From Eledone cirrhosa (Eukaryota), in the NCBI GenBank assembly GCA_964016885.1, contig OZ024757.1, forward strand, positions 27,900,001 through 27,964,000: DNA of 64,000 nucleotides, read 5' to 3'. The position numbers and the translations under genes were made by a program. Below the pieces are notes generated by a model, which was not told the DNA's origin, searched no databases, and worked only from the letters and a program-made list of their open reading frames with translations. Shown one piece after another: positions 13,941 through 28,000 of this stretch. How positions within the stretch are numbered: position 1 is the first letter of the stretch; every line of letters begins with the position of its first letter.

Positions 13941-16571
13941 TAACATATTTTTGGTTTTCTTGTAATATCTCATATATTGAATTACATTTAAGTAAGTGGT
14001 GTCAATATACAATCTTATAAAACTGTATAGTTTTAATCAATCTTGGTTCCTAGTGTTTGTTTTTTGTGATAAATTCCTAAAACAACATACTGTTCTTATG
14101 TCTTTTCCAATATATTTTCTTAAGATTGATGTTTGTTCTTCTACATATTATATTAGCTGAAACTAAGTTAAGTTTTTTAAAAAGTGTTAAATTAATTACA
14201 GGATTGATTAAAATTGATAACCTTTTCAATACCAGCCCGCTTAAGATTGTCTGTAATTGTTTATATTCCAATTAAAACCTTTCATAATTTTATGTAAGAA
14301 CCTTTTCTTATGTTCCAACTACAAGTTTAATAATGACAAAGTTAGGTATTAGAAATATGGTAATGAAAGGATTAGATAATTACAAATCTTCTTATTTTCT
14401 TCTTTGCCTACTTATTCCCTGAGAACTACTTTAAGAGTGCACGTATCTGTGGGATGCTCAGCCGGTTACATGTTAATTTCACGAGCATGCAGTTCTGTTG
14501 ATTGAATCATCAAAAACGCTGGAGGTCCAACAACTACATAATGATAATTTATGCAAAAATTATCCTATTTAGAAGTAATCTCCCTTAGCTTGTTTTTAGA
14601 AAAGAAAAAAAAAAAGAAAAAGAACAGGAAAGTACTTTCTTTGCTCAAAATGTCTGGATTCCTGTCCCCCATCCACAGCATCCAAACTTTCAATATTATC
14701 ATAATAATATTTGATTTAAACAACAGCATTATTTTTTTTTCCAACCTTTATTTTACAGGTTTAAGTTTTTTTTTTTTTTAATATACCACAAACTTTGAAG
14801 CTTCAGAATCTAAACTTGAAATGCATTTTATTCAAAATGGAAAACTGGTCATATTTAAATGTAGAGAAGAAAAGGAAAAAAGATGTTAAGAATTTTTATA
14901 TATTAGTTAGCATTTAATAGAACGTTTTTTTATCTTTTTCTTATTAATTTTATTTTTATTAATTTTTTTTTGCCTGCATGAAATTCCAGTGTAGTTTTAG
15001 TAACTTAGTAATAAAGACTGTTTCCAGTTTCTTTCTGCGGAAGTACTAAAATGATATAGCTTTGTAGAAGTACTAAAACATACTGTATATACTCGTAAAT
15101 AAATTGCAGCTTTTTAATATTAAAAAAGAATATATAAATTTGGGCATGAAAATCTGCATGTGACTTATCTGCTGACCTTGTCATAGGCTTAAAATTTGCA
15201 GCACTCACTCACATGCACATGCAGCAAATACACAACACATACACACCTGTATCATTGAGTATGTAAAGTGGGTTGGTTATGTCAACATTCACTCTGTATG
15301 AATATTGGCACTGTAAACAAATATATATTGATGGCACTTCATGTGAAAACAAAAATGGCTTACATGTAGTGTAGATTTCTATCAGCCAGCTATAATTTTA
15401 ATGTCCATTAAATGCTACTTATATTGTTAGTCAATTGGTAGTGGTTAATATCTTAATTTGGGGTATGAAAACACATTAGATATCAAAGGTTACTGGCCTT
15501 TGCTGCTAGACTGTACTGGCAATGATTCGGATTATTTTAACTAAACGTATTATTTTATATCTTTTTTTTTTTATTATTCAAAGACAACCACAAGCAACAG
15601 CATTTGTGAAAAGCAACATGCGTATAATGTACAGATTACGTGGAGAATCCAAAATATTATTATAAACACACACAAAGTGGGTGCAACTTATATATGAGTA
15701 TATATGGTATTTTTGTAGAAGTACTGAAGCAATATAGTTTTATAGAAGTACTAAAACAATAGTTTTAATGTAGAATCCTATCAATATCTTATTGGAGCTA
15801 AAGGCTACAAATTATAGAACTGGCAAATGAAATTTGTTTTCTTACATAGATTGATAATGGCATCAAATTTATTGAAGAGACTGTGATGTTCATATCTTTC
15901 TCTAGGTCCTTAATTATGTAAATATAGTGAAGGGGGCTCTAGTCACAGATCTAGCTCGTCACAGTTTTAGCTCATTTGGTGCATACATTTCTCTTTTATT
16001 TAAACAACAACAGCTGACGTCTGAAGGCAGGAGTTACCTTGCAGACCTCATCATGATCTTCATATCATCGTGGGCTCCTTTTTGTCTTATGGCTCGATGC
16101 TGTCTCTGGCACCAATACAGTTGCCACCTATGACACACGGCTTCTTTTCTACTATATTCATATTAATTTACTATAAAATGTCTTTTTCCTCAAAATAATC
16201 AGTGGCTGATGACCCTCATGGTTTGGTAGTTATCAGTTAGTAGAGCATCCTACTGTGTGGAGATTTGCTTAAGTAAAATGCACATTTTTAAAGTATATTT
16301 TATGAATTGTTTAAAATTTAGATTTCTAGTTTTATAGTATAACTTCAGTTAGTTTTGAGTTGTTGTTTAGCCCCAGGTCAGTCATTAGACCTGAATGAGC
16401 AGACCTCTGTTCAAAAGCATTCTCGATTTGGCCATCCTTTTACTTTTTCTTTTGTTTTTGTTTTGCCATATATCTCAGACTAACATGGTCCAAAGCTTTC
16501 TTCCTATTTTTTCCAATGTGATAGGATATGTTTTGACTGCTGCTTCTAGCAGGTTGAACAATCCTATATAG

Positions 16572-16799
16572 CAGTGGTTCCCAACTTTTTCACTCCCACA
16601 TACACTATACTTACTTCCTTTCCAGATTGTTATACAATCAAAAGAGACAAATATTTGTATTTGAAGAATGGATACCGAATAGTGTGTGTATATTATGTTT
16701 TTAACAAAGTACTTGAAATTTTGGGCTTAGCTCACAGACCACAAATACTTAAGTTTTCAGACTTCCAGGGGTTCATCAACTTTTGGTTGGGAACCACTA
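16572..16799. mobile_element. hAT-like MITE
   Basis: TIR cagtggttcccaac ... gttgggaaccact. Confidence 0.65.
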
Positions 16800-18041
16800 A
16801 CAAAGAAGCTCCTAAACTGATTTGACCTTTGTGATACCAAACCACCTGAAACAACAATACAAAGCTGTTTATTTTAACATGTTTATATTTATCTAAAAAC
16901 CTTCCATTGTAATTTTATGTCAAAAAATGTGTTAAGTTATGTTCCAAACATCAACTTAATAATGATAAAGTTAGTTTATATAATAAAATCCCTTGAAATT
17001 CTTGGTTATTTTAAAAATTACTCAAAAATCATAGGTAGAGTCTCTCATTAGAAATATAGTAATAAAAGAGTTAATTAATTTTGAGTGTTTGAAGGGAAAT
17101 CCTGTTGAAATATGTTTATTTGTGGACAAATTGATACTAATTTTCTTTTTTTTAAATATATATCTTTGATGTTATAAATTTTAATTGATAATAATCTTTA
17201 CATTATTTTAGCAGTAGTTTTTATGTTATCGGAGTAACCAGACACCAACTAAATTATTTCATGGTTCCAAAGTCTGGAACTAAATGCTAATTTCTTTTTC
17301 AATGTTCACAGAAAAATGTCTTGTTCTTGAATCTGGGTCATTTGGTTGACTGATTGTAATTTAAGAGAGAAATTACTATTTTCAGTCTAAGTTCAATTTG
17401 ATTTTGCCTTGTTCTCTTCAGCATTGCCTCATTCACCCCTCTTGGCTTCTTCTTCAGATACCCATAATTCTTTATTCCAATGATTCTCATGCTAGGGATT
17501 TTCCTATGTCTTTCTTATACTCACTATCCGTTAACGTTTTAAACTCTAATTCACTAAATTAATCCAACTCCTACTTCTGCTGGGATGACCTCCCAGCAGA
17601 TAATATTACCCTCTGGCTTTATTCAAGGGACTGTTGTATTTGGTAATATTCTCAGAATTTCAAACTGAATCTTTTATTCAAACCTCAAGGTGTAGTATCT
17701 TCTCAATCCACTGTCATAACACTCATTTTCCATGCTTGCATGAGTTAAACAAATTCAATTTATAATAATGATAATTTCTGTGAAGAAAGCCAGAAGGTTT
17801 CTTGGCCAAAACATTCTGACTAGGACCCAGATGAGGATACTAGTCTCAATAATTCAGTGTATAATACTGGTTTGAGACCTGTTACTCTTTCATATTTGAA
17901 ATCAGTGCTCAGAATATCTAATATAATAATTGTGTTTAAAATCTTAGCTATTAGTTAAATAATTAATTAATTAATTAATTTAAAGTCTGTTATGTGATTA
18001 GTGTTATTTTTTCTTTTCATTTCCAGTAATTTTTATTTCAG

Positions 18042-18572
18042 CCACCTATCCACAGGAACGAAGCCAAATTGTTTAAGGCCATTCTCAGACGTAAGGGGTA
18101 TCTGAGTCCATCTCGGAATACTCGCCTCACCACACCCACACCACTCCAAACTAAATTTCCAATGACTGCCATTCCCCTACCTAGCAACAGGAACCCTGTC
18201 AATTTTGACCACACCACCACTGCAGCCAACACCACCATGACACTGGCACCGACAAAAGCACGTGCCAAACGGCAGGCACGAATGTCAGCTCCGTCAGTTC
18301 CTGTTGTTAATTGCAGAAGTAATGCTGCTGTTGCTAATCGCATCGGCGTAGTAAATCGGTGTAATGTCCTGAATGGGAAGGAGACATGTACAGTTCCTTG
18401 TGGTAATTCGGAAAGCAATGGAACCAGTGAAAGTGGTGGTGCGTCGCAGACATACTCCGTCGACAATCCTGATGGGGAGGAGAAAAAGCGGCAGTCTGTC
18501 ATAGTAGAAAAGAACGTTAAAAATTTAAAGTTGCGACTTCCGAATAGTAAGGTCTGTAACAATGGATGTTAA
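18042..18572 (+). CDS. PKN2: Candidate alternative terminal exon of PKN (176 aa, PPIHRNEAKLFKAILRR...KVCNNGC*)
   Basis: Acceptor ttttatttcag| in phase 0 with the donor after MLVGE. Long non-repetitive ORF, more GC-rich than its flanks. AATAAA at 18633-18638. Confidence 0.65.
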   Translation, partial: PPIHRNEAKLFKAILRRKGYLSPSRNTRLTTPTPLQTKFPMTAIPLPSNRNPVNFDHTTTAANTTMTLAPTKARAKRQARMSAPSVPVVNCRSNAAVANRIGVVNRCNVLNGKETCTVPCGNSESNGTSESGGASQTYSVDNPDGEEKKRQSVIVEKNVKNLKLRLPNSKVCNNGC

Positions 18573-19574
18573 AGAATGCCCCGGTGATGATGATAATGAT
18601 AATAACAACAACAATAATCACAATCAAAGCCAAATAAAAATACAGATGGCTCGGTAAATTTGGATAACAGAAAGAGAAATAGGATTATAAAATTTTCTGA
18701 TGGTGGTTATTTCACTCCATCTTTAGAGACAAAATAATTTTTCTGATGTTTGCATCTTTACATCTATACTATGTATCAATTGGTTTGGTCTTTTAATCTG
18801 GTCACACACAGAATGCAGGCTTAAAGTTAAAACGTCTTTCTTGAGCCTAGAGGTTCACCAGGCTGATGCTTATCTCTGTTTCATATTGCAATGAGTAACT
18901 GGGAGTACAAGACTGTTCAATCAGTGGTGCAGCCTGCTCATGAAATTAACATGTAAGAAGCTGAGCATTCCTCAGACATGCGTATCTATTACTCTATATA
19001 TACTATTATATTTTCATGCTAAAAGCTTTACCAAATAACTTTTCACATAATATCGTATCTATGAGATTTTGATATTATTTATGTTGAGAACAATACCTTA
19101 ACATAAGTATGAGTGGACAATTACGGCTGGTTTGAATAGAAAGAGGTAAGAGAATTCTGGCTGGACACGGCTGGTTTAAATTCTAAAAGGTTAATATGTA
19201 ATAAGGCCAACACTTTAAATTACGGGTACTGTCCACCCGATGGCTTCCAGATAGTTTCTGTCTACGAAGTTTCACTCATAATGCTTGGATCAGCCTATGG
19301 TCATAATTAGTAACAATTGCCAAAAATGCCTTACAGTGGGATTGAATCCAGGGCCTTATGATTATAAAACAAGTTTCATAATCATGTAGACATCCAGGAA
19401 CAATATACCTAATGACACTTGAAGATGGAACAAACCAGAACATAGTGTATTGTAAATAATGTAAAACATTTCATCCATAAATTGAAATTGTCTGAAAAAT
19501 TACTATCTTATTAATAATTTATCTTAGAGAAATATGAAACCTTGCTAGGAACCAACTTTCCAAATACACTTCCT

Positions 19575-19605
19575 CTCTCTCCCACTCTCTTTCTCTCTTT
19601 CTCTC

Positions 19606-19684
<79 letters not shown>
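19575..19684. repeat. (CT)n microsatellite
   Basis: Direct inspection. Confidence 0.95.
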
Positions 19685-19686
<2 letters not shown>

Positions 19687-19934
19687 AAAAAAATCAGGTG
19701 CCAGACTGCCAGTTGTTGGAAAATCAGTGTTGCATCTGTATTAGATATTAGTTTTGGTCCTAAGATTTATATATACTTTCTGATATCCAAGTTTGTCAAC
19801 ACTTCTTGTGTGAGCCTGTGTTTTCTTTGGTTTTCAAGAATGAGAGTGTTTTCGCACAGTTGCATCTTGTTTCAGTTTCAGCTGGGGTTACATTTTAAAA
19901 TCTATTTAGTTCAAATACTTTCTGTTTTTGTTAT

Positions 19935-20098
19935 TTAACTATTTTGATACCAGGCTGCTTGAACCCAACCCTGGTTCTATGATAGATTCTAAGCTGCTTA
20001 TTTTAAAATGTTTATATTTAGCTATAAACCAACTTAATAATTATTTGAAAATCATATAGCAGTGTTTTTCATTAGAAACATGGTAACAAAAGGGTTAA
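19935..20098. mobile_element. piggyBac-like MITE family B (related copies ~6830-7133, 14219-14375, 16825-17074, 45870-45990, 62290-62470)
   Basis: TTAA-bounded. Left end ttaacc(c)ttttgatacc..., right end ...ggtaacaaaagggttaa. Shared internal 'ttattttaaaatgtttatattt'. Confidence 0.6.
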
Positions 20099-22077
20099 AA
20101 TATTTGTATTTATCTTAAGAACCTTCCATCATAATTTTATGTAAGAATTTGTGTTCAGTTATACTCCAAATACCAGCTTAATAATGAGATTATATTACTA
20201 AATCCCTCCAAATTCTTAATTATTTTCAAAATTATTTGAAAAGCATCGAGTGTCTTTTGTGGTAAAGAAGAGGTCAACGTTTTTTGACTATTGGGAATTA
20301 CAATTATGATTTTTTAAATTTTATTTTGTTAAAATATTTTAAACTCTGGCTTTTGAAGTTATCTGATTGGAGACCTTACTTGAATGTTTCGGGCAGTAGT
20401 GTATGATTTGGGAGAGACTTTGCTGCAGTTTTTTTGCAGGTCAAACAACCACATAAAAGTTCTTCCATTGGCTTGTTTTGAGCCACACCATTATTCATCT
20501 TTGAAGTTGAGTAATAGATGGAATAAGGCAACAAATTGACAGAGTTAGTTGTTAGAACGTTGGATAGAATGTTTTGTGGTATTTATTCCAGCATTCTGCA
20601 CTGTCTGGGTTCAAATCCTGCCATGGTCAACTTTGCTTTTTGTCCTTTTAAGGTCAGTAAATGAAGCACCAGTTTAATACTAGAATCAATTCTTCTATAA
20701 CACTTTCTCTGTTTCTCTGGAAGAAACCGACTGTGTTCTGACCTGGAGTGGGGTGGATTCCAACAGACTTAAAATGCTTAAGATATGCCATGTCAAGATA
20801 GTGCTCCCATGATTCAATCAGTACTTAAGGGCTCGTGGATGGAATGAGTAGAGAGGTTTTTTACACCAATTTCTTGATCCTGGTAAACTTGTTAAGTTTA
20901 GAATAAATTTGGTTTGGATCTTCTGTTTAGAATTCTTTTTCTTAGATTTATATTTTTGAATTCGTTGTTGCTGTTGTTGTTTTTCTAATCAGCTGAAACT
21001 GGGACTTTTATTGTTTGTTGTGTTTTTCTTCAAATGGCTTTTGTTTTGTATTCTAACTAATGTGTATTGAATATTTAAGTGAAAAACAGCAACTTATCTA
21101 CAAGTATATATGGGATTTTGAAAATGAATTGATGGGAAGACTCTTCAGCTCTGCCAAAGATATGAAAACTTCCCTAGTGTTGGTGCCACAATAAAATATA
21201 CTCAGTAGAATGCGGGGTTGTATATCAAGCCCCCAGCCCACCGGGGATAGAAGTGGGGACAGAAAAGGTATAGCTTCAATCCAACCCTTGCTAGCAGGAA
21301 AAACGGATGTTAAATGAACAAATACATAGGCAGTCTACTATATAAAAACCAGCATCCTTGATGATGGCTTGTATCAGCTAAAGATATTTATTAAAATGTC
21401 AATAAGTCTAATGAAAATAATGTTATGGTCAGGTATGGGGCAAAAAAAAAGGTTAAAAACCACTGCTATCATGTAAGATAGGTTTCTGGCAAACTGACTA
21501 TGGAACCATTTTACGCCACTGATATTACTGGTACCCTGCATGTCAACTTAGATCTCATGATTGTGAAGCAAACTTCTTAAAAATACAGCCATATATTTAT
21601 TTGCATGTGCATGCACACACACCACACACCTACCACCATCATCACCGGTGTAATTTTAATGTCTTGTTTTTTTTTTTATGCTGGAAAAAGTTTGGAAAAA
21701 GAACTGCCATATGGTCTTCTGAGACTAAGTTTCAGCCCAGAGTTGAGAGTTTGTTATGAATTTGATTTAATACTCAAATTTATAATAACAAGAATGAATG
21801 GTTCTATTCTCATCTTGAACCTGTAGGTCGAAAAAGGAAGATCAGAACAGGGTCCTCACCCATGGTGATTTGGGTGAGTGTGGGCTTGTGGTGTTCTTCA
21901 GTTGTCCCTACTAAGAAGTTCTCCTATTTCAGAAGAACTATTTATCATTATGTATACCTCTATTTTTTTTTTTCGTTTCATCTGAATTTTATGAGGACCC
22001 AATCACATTATGTAACCTGTCTTAGAAATGTTGCCCTCATTTGATGCCTTTGTGGCATATAAAAGAAATCATTATTT

Positions 22078-22262
22078 GGCAGTATCGGTAGAGGGTCGGA
22101 CGCCATGCTTTGACGCATAGAGTTATGGCCCTTGCCATTCTGAGTTCAAATCCCGCCGAGGTTAACTTTGCCTTTCATCCTTACGGGGTCGATAAAATAA
22201 AGTACCAGTAATGTACTGGTGAATTGCTGGCCTTGTGCCAATAGTAGAAACAATTATTATCA
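22078..22262 (+). mobile_element. tRNA-derived SINE with conserved central domain gcctttcatccttacggggtcgataaaataaagtacc (Meta-SINE-like). Other copies at ~3405-3515, 29445-29565, 41585-41705, 63295-63500 (+) and 31095-31300, 49470-49640, 50340-50458, 60795-61010 (-)
   Basis: A box 'ggcagtatcggtagag', B box 'gagttcaaatcc', near-identical body in many copies, (ATT)n tail. Confidence 0.8.
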
Positions 22263-23478
22263 TTATCATTATTTTTCTCCAAGGTTAGCTTTGCCTTCAT
22301 CCTTATGGAGTCGATAAATAAAGCACCCTTCAAATTGCTAGCCTTGTGCCTATTATTATTATTAGGACAACCAGGAGGGGACACTACCCTAGTAGTCAGG
22401 GTGGTCATGGCTATTTATGAGATTTCTCCACAAGTCCCCCTCATTGGGGAACATTCTTTTGTTTTAATTTTACATTGTTTTTGTTAACATATTTTTAGAT
22501 GTAAAAGCCCAGTGTATTTCATGTGAGCTCTGTAGAAATCATTATTATTATAATTATTGCTGTTGTTGTTCACTCACATCCATACACTTTCTGATCAAAT
22601 TTCTCTTCTTTGTCCCAATTCTTCCATAATTAATCTACAGCTCTATAACTTCTGATAATTTTGTTCTTCAAACTTTTCATTTGAATTAATTTTTTTTGTG
22701 TGCTCAGGATTGTGGAATTGCTGTTGACTTTGCGTGTGGTTTATCTAAATAACAAAAAAACAAAAAAAATCTTTGTTGTTTTATTCTTTCTTTCCTCTTC
22801 TATATTTTTATTTTCTAAAAAAATTTTAAACTTATATTAATTGTCCAAGAAAAATGTTGCCGAATATTTATATTTAACTGTCTTTAATATTATTATTATT
22901 ATTAATAGTAGTAGTATTAGAAGTAGTAATAGTATATTTCTTTAAAATGACCAGTTTCCATTTTGGATTTATGTTAGCTGTTGCTTTTAAAAATCAAAAA
23001 AATCAACAATTACTGTCCATAATCTCTTTCACCTTGTTTGTTTAATTAATTAGGATCTTGGTATTATGTAATTAAATGTGGTTTCTAAATTTAATTGTGA
23101 GTTCAAAACATTAAAAAAAAGATATATAAAAAAGCTTGAAAAATTGTTAAAGAGAAAAGTGAAATATTTTAATCAGAAAATTGATATTTTTTTATATTTA
23201 ACCCTTTAGCCTTTACATTACTCTATATATACTATTGTATTTTTGCTGTAAAGGCTTTATCTTACATGATATCTCACGTAATATCGAATCTGTGAAATTT
23301 TGATATTATTTATTTTGAGAACAACTTAATGTCAGTATGAGTGGCCAGTTACGGCCAGTTTGAACTGAAAGAGGTGAGAGAATTCTGGCTGGATATGGCC
23401 AGTTTAAATGCTAAAGGGTTGCTGTGATTTGTGTTATCTGTATTTATCTATATTAGTATATTATACTATCTTATTTAA

Positions 23479-23646
<168 letters not shown>

Positions 23647-24639
23647 TAATACTACTACTACTAGTGGAGGCACATGGCCTAGTGGTAAGGGTTTTGGACT
23701 TACGATCATAATGTTGTGGGTTCGATTCTTGGGATGGGTTGCATGTTGTGTTCTTGAGCAAAACACTTCATTTCACATTGCTCCAGTATACTCAGCTGGA
23801 TATGAGTACCAGCAACAGCTGGGAGTTTCTCCCTTTGATGGACTGGCGTCCTGTCCAGGGAGTCTTGTACTCTCAGTTGCTTCACCCCATGTAACCAGGA
23901 TAAGCAACAACCTAACAAGCCTTCTGGCTTAAGACAGACTTTAGACTACTAATGATAATCTATACCATAACTGTACAGCCTTTTTGTTTGCTTGTCACTC
24001 AAACATTACATAATTTACATTTGCAATTCATAGAACATAAATCATCATCATCATCATCATCATCATTTCACGTCCCTGCTTTGATGCCAGGTTTTTCTTC
24101 CTATCCTCAATCAGTTTTCAGCATGGACTGGATGCATTTTTATCATGTCACTAGTAATAGAGAGGTTGTCTGACAGAATTTAAGAATCCTCTCTGCTTTC
24201 TATCATTTTTTATTCAGTGACTGCTCTCCTAGATAGGTTGCTTTCACTACGGCTAACTAGGCCTATGTTTCCCTCATTCAGTCTTATTTGATTCGGAGTG
24301 TTAAATGTTCCAAAATAATTTCATGCATACAAGAAATTAATCTTTGATAAATCATTGTTGTTTAATGTCTGTTTTCCATGCTAGCAAGGGTTAGACATTT
24401 CATCACAGATCTATCAATATTCAAGTGGAGTATGATTTGTCCCTCTACTGAGTTCATTTCATGGCAGCAACACTAGTGAAGTTATCATGTCTTTGACACA
24501 GCTGAAGAATCCTCCCAAACCTTTGTTTGGCAGTTTTTATACAGCTGGATGACCTTCCTACCACCAACCACTTTACAGAGTGTACAGGGTGCATTTATTG
24601 TGTAAATCCTTATATTTATAAAGTTTGAACTGAAGATAA

Positions 24640-24834
<195 letters not shown>

Positions 24835-25029
24835 TGATTATATCAACACTCCAGTGAAGGTGCATGGTTTATTAGTTAGTGTTGGGCTTACAAACATGAA
24901 GTTGTGACAGGCAGCACTTTGTGTCCTTGAGCAAGACACTTTATTTCATGTTACTCGAATTCACTCAGCTGAGAAATAAGTTGTGCTGTCACTGGTGCCA
25001 AGCTGTATCAACCTTAGCACACGTTCCAG

Positions 25030-25250
25030 AGGGTCCTATTAGAAGTAACCATCTCCAATTGATCGAGCTGGATCTCCAAGTGAGACCAACTGTGCTTATG
25101 GATGTTGTCTAACAATTTTGCTTGTGGTCTACCTCTGAGCCTCCTGCCAGTTGGCTCTGCCCACAGCCAAAATGAGGTTCCCCAGAAGGGTCTTTGGTGT
25201 AACATTCCTTGATAATGTGCATAGCTCATCGATCAGGGAGTTTCTTTAGA
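25030..25250 (-). mobile_element. RTE-type LINE 3' fragment
   Basis: Minus-strand translation ..EPTGRRLRGRPQAKLLDNI.. resembles the RTE C-terminal GRP motif. Confidence 0.5.
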
Positions 25251-25314
25251 GTGGAGGATGACAATATATTTACTATGACATTTAAAGAAACCTTTTTCAA
25301 CTTTTTCGTTTCAG

Positions 25315-25374
25315 AATATTGATTGGGATGCCCTGCTAATCAAGAAGACGAGACCTCCGTTTACACCTACAGTG
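25315..25374 (+). CDS. PKN2: PKN exon (NIDWDALLIKKTRPPFTPTV)
   Basis: ttcag|, |gtgagt, AGC tail PPFxP. Confidence 0.93.
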
Positions 25375-25563
25375 GTGAGTTTTTTGTTTGTATTTATATC
25401 TTTTATTAATATACACATCTTAATAGATGTTTAATCAATAATTCTGGTGTCTGTATCACTGTGTGTTTGGCTAGTACAAGCAAAAAGACTACTAAATAAT
25501 TTGTTATGTAAATATATGTATATGTCTATATATATTAATTTATTTTTTCTTTCTTATTTTTAG

Positions 25564-25707
25564 AAACATCCGGAAGATGTGAGTAACTTTGACGAAGAGT
25601 TCACATCGGAGAATGCTGTATTGACACCATCCAAAGATGGCCGGCCACTCTCAGTTGATGACCAAACACATTTCCAAGATTTCTCATTTGTAGCGAACTG
25701 GTGCTGA
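25564..25707 (+). CDS. PKN2: PKN last coding exon (KHPEDVSNFDEEFT...VLTPS...FQDFSFVANWC*)
   Basis: tttag|, NFD motif, turn motif, hydrophobic motif, TGA stop. Confidence 0.96.
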   Translation, partial: KHPEDVSNFDEEFTSENAVLTPSKDGRPLSVDDQTHFQDFSFVANWC

Positions 25708-28000
25708 CGACAATAATGACCAGTATCTTCAGTGATTCCACACATACACACACTACCAGAAATAAAGCAACAAGTACATAAATAAATGAATAAATAATAA
25801 TAATAATACAATAATGAGAGAAAAATCTATTAAAAGATACACACAACTGGCTGTGAGCAAGTTCTTTTTTATTCTCCACCTCCACACCACAGCCTTGATC
25901 CTTGATCTTCAGTCCTTGATCCTGGATCATTGAAACTTGATTCTTGATCTTTGGTCCTTGATCTTGGATCCTTATGATTTGATCCTTAATATTTGGTCTT
26001 TGATCTTTAGTTCTTGACCCTTGATCTTTGGTCCTTGACCATTGATTTTTTTTTTTTTTGTCCTTGGTCTTAGATCCTCGAACTTTATATCATCCACTTC
26101 TCAACATTGGGACTTGAGCTTCTCAGTTTTCTAAGACACCTTACATTTTGTTTTGTGTATGTGTCTGTCTGAACGTGTGTAATAATGGTGTATGTATAAT
26201 ATCTATTCAGAAGGAGGAATAGTTGGAGAAGGGTTGGGGGTTTAAATTATACAATATGTATTTTGAAAACAGTCTTTTTTTTTTTTTTTCAAAAGTAAAA
26301 AAAAAAAAATGATAAAAATATATATATATATATACAAACAACAGCTCACACACACACACACACACACATACACACTGAAAAACCTCCTACAGACAAATTT
26401 CTGTGCTGATTTAAGAAAAAAAAAGCAAAGGAAGAAATACAAATAATGAAGAAAACAAATAAACCCCAAAAAGTTAAATATAAGGGATCGATCGGGTGGG
26501 ATTGGCAGAAAAAATGGGGTTTTAAAAAAAGAATGAAAAAAATTTAGGTATTTTGAGAAAATTTTAATGATACGATGACATTAATCTTCAGTTATTGAAT
26601 TCTTGTGGCGGGTGGGGCCATTTTCCTTGAATTGAAGTTGGACAAAGAGAAGAAAAAACAAGGTGGGAGGGCAGGAATGGGGAAATTCTATCTATATAGG
26701 GACCGTGTGATTTTGTTGTGTTGTTTATATTGTATTGTCTTCATTCAACATATGTGTCTATAAATATGCTGTCATGCCTGTATTAATTGGAACACATTTT
26801 GGTGAACATGTAAAAAAAATCTATAATAATTAATATGCTATAAAAATATAAGCAGAATCAGAGGAAATGTTTAGTGTCAAGTGTTTTGTATATTGATCAT
26901 ATATTGATTTTGAAGAGCTTATTACAGTTTATAATGTGGCAGTAAAAAAAAAAAAGCGACTGGAAAATGAAAAAAAAAAAAATAATAACTGGAAAATATA
27001 TATATGAAATGGTTAAAGATTTTTTTCTTCCCTATTTAAAATTTTAGTTAGTCCTCTCCTTCATTTCTTTAAAAATAAGTCTATGGAATGTAAAAAAAAA
27101 AAAAAGAATAAAATAAAATTCTGCTAAAAGTTGTCATTATAAACTCAATGTCAGTGTGATTGATTTTTGTAAGTCAAGAAAAAAGAGCTTGTTTATCTCA
27201 AAGTAAAAGTTCCAACTATTAATTAAATAAATATCATCATCATCATTTTATGTCCACTTTTCCTTGTTTGCATGGGTTGGACGGGGTTTTTTCAGTACAG
27301 CATCCTTCCACTCATTGCATTTCTTTGTTATTTCCTCTGTAAGCTTCAGTGATTTAAGTAACTGGAAAATTTGTTGTCAGAAATGACAGAGGTTGAGCAT
27401 GTTTATCTGTGCTACATAAACTTAATGCATGATGGAGTTTTTGCAGCACAACCTTTTTGGACACCAAACGGTGATGATGAAAGTTGGTAAGTATGAGGAT
27501 CAAACCCACAACATTGATCCTAACACTCTAACCAACTGAACTAACCAGCCTTTCACTGTTTTGACTTTACAAAATAAGTCCATGGTGAACACCAATCAAC
27601 ATGCAAAAAGAATATCAAAATAAATAAACACTGGTGCAGTTATAACTCAAGTTTTCTAGTTTGATGTGCACAAAGACATCCTTGATTCTGAATTGTACAG
27701 CTTACTTTTAAAATTGTCAATTGAAACTCATATCTGTAGTGAGCAAATCATTATTTAAACCAGCCAGAATTCTCTCACCTCTTTCTGTTTGAATCAGCCA
27801 TATCTGGCCACTCATACTGACGTTGAGGTGTTGTTCTCTGAATAAATAATATCAAAATCTCGTAGATTCAATATTATGTGAGAGAATTATGTAAGATAAA
27901 GCCTTTACTATAAAAAGACAATAGTATATATAGAGTAATGTCAATGCTAAAGGGTTAATAGACAATCTTTTGATATAAATGAAGTAATAATATAGAGAGA

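Noticed and set aside
18038-18562. 174-aa minus-strand ORF
   Set aside because: Antisense shadow of the + strand ORF, which has the splice acceptor, kinase-like start and polyA signal.
22078-22165. tRNA-like A/B boxes
   Set aside because: These are SINE heads with no complete cloverleaf.
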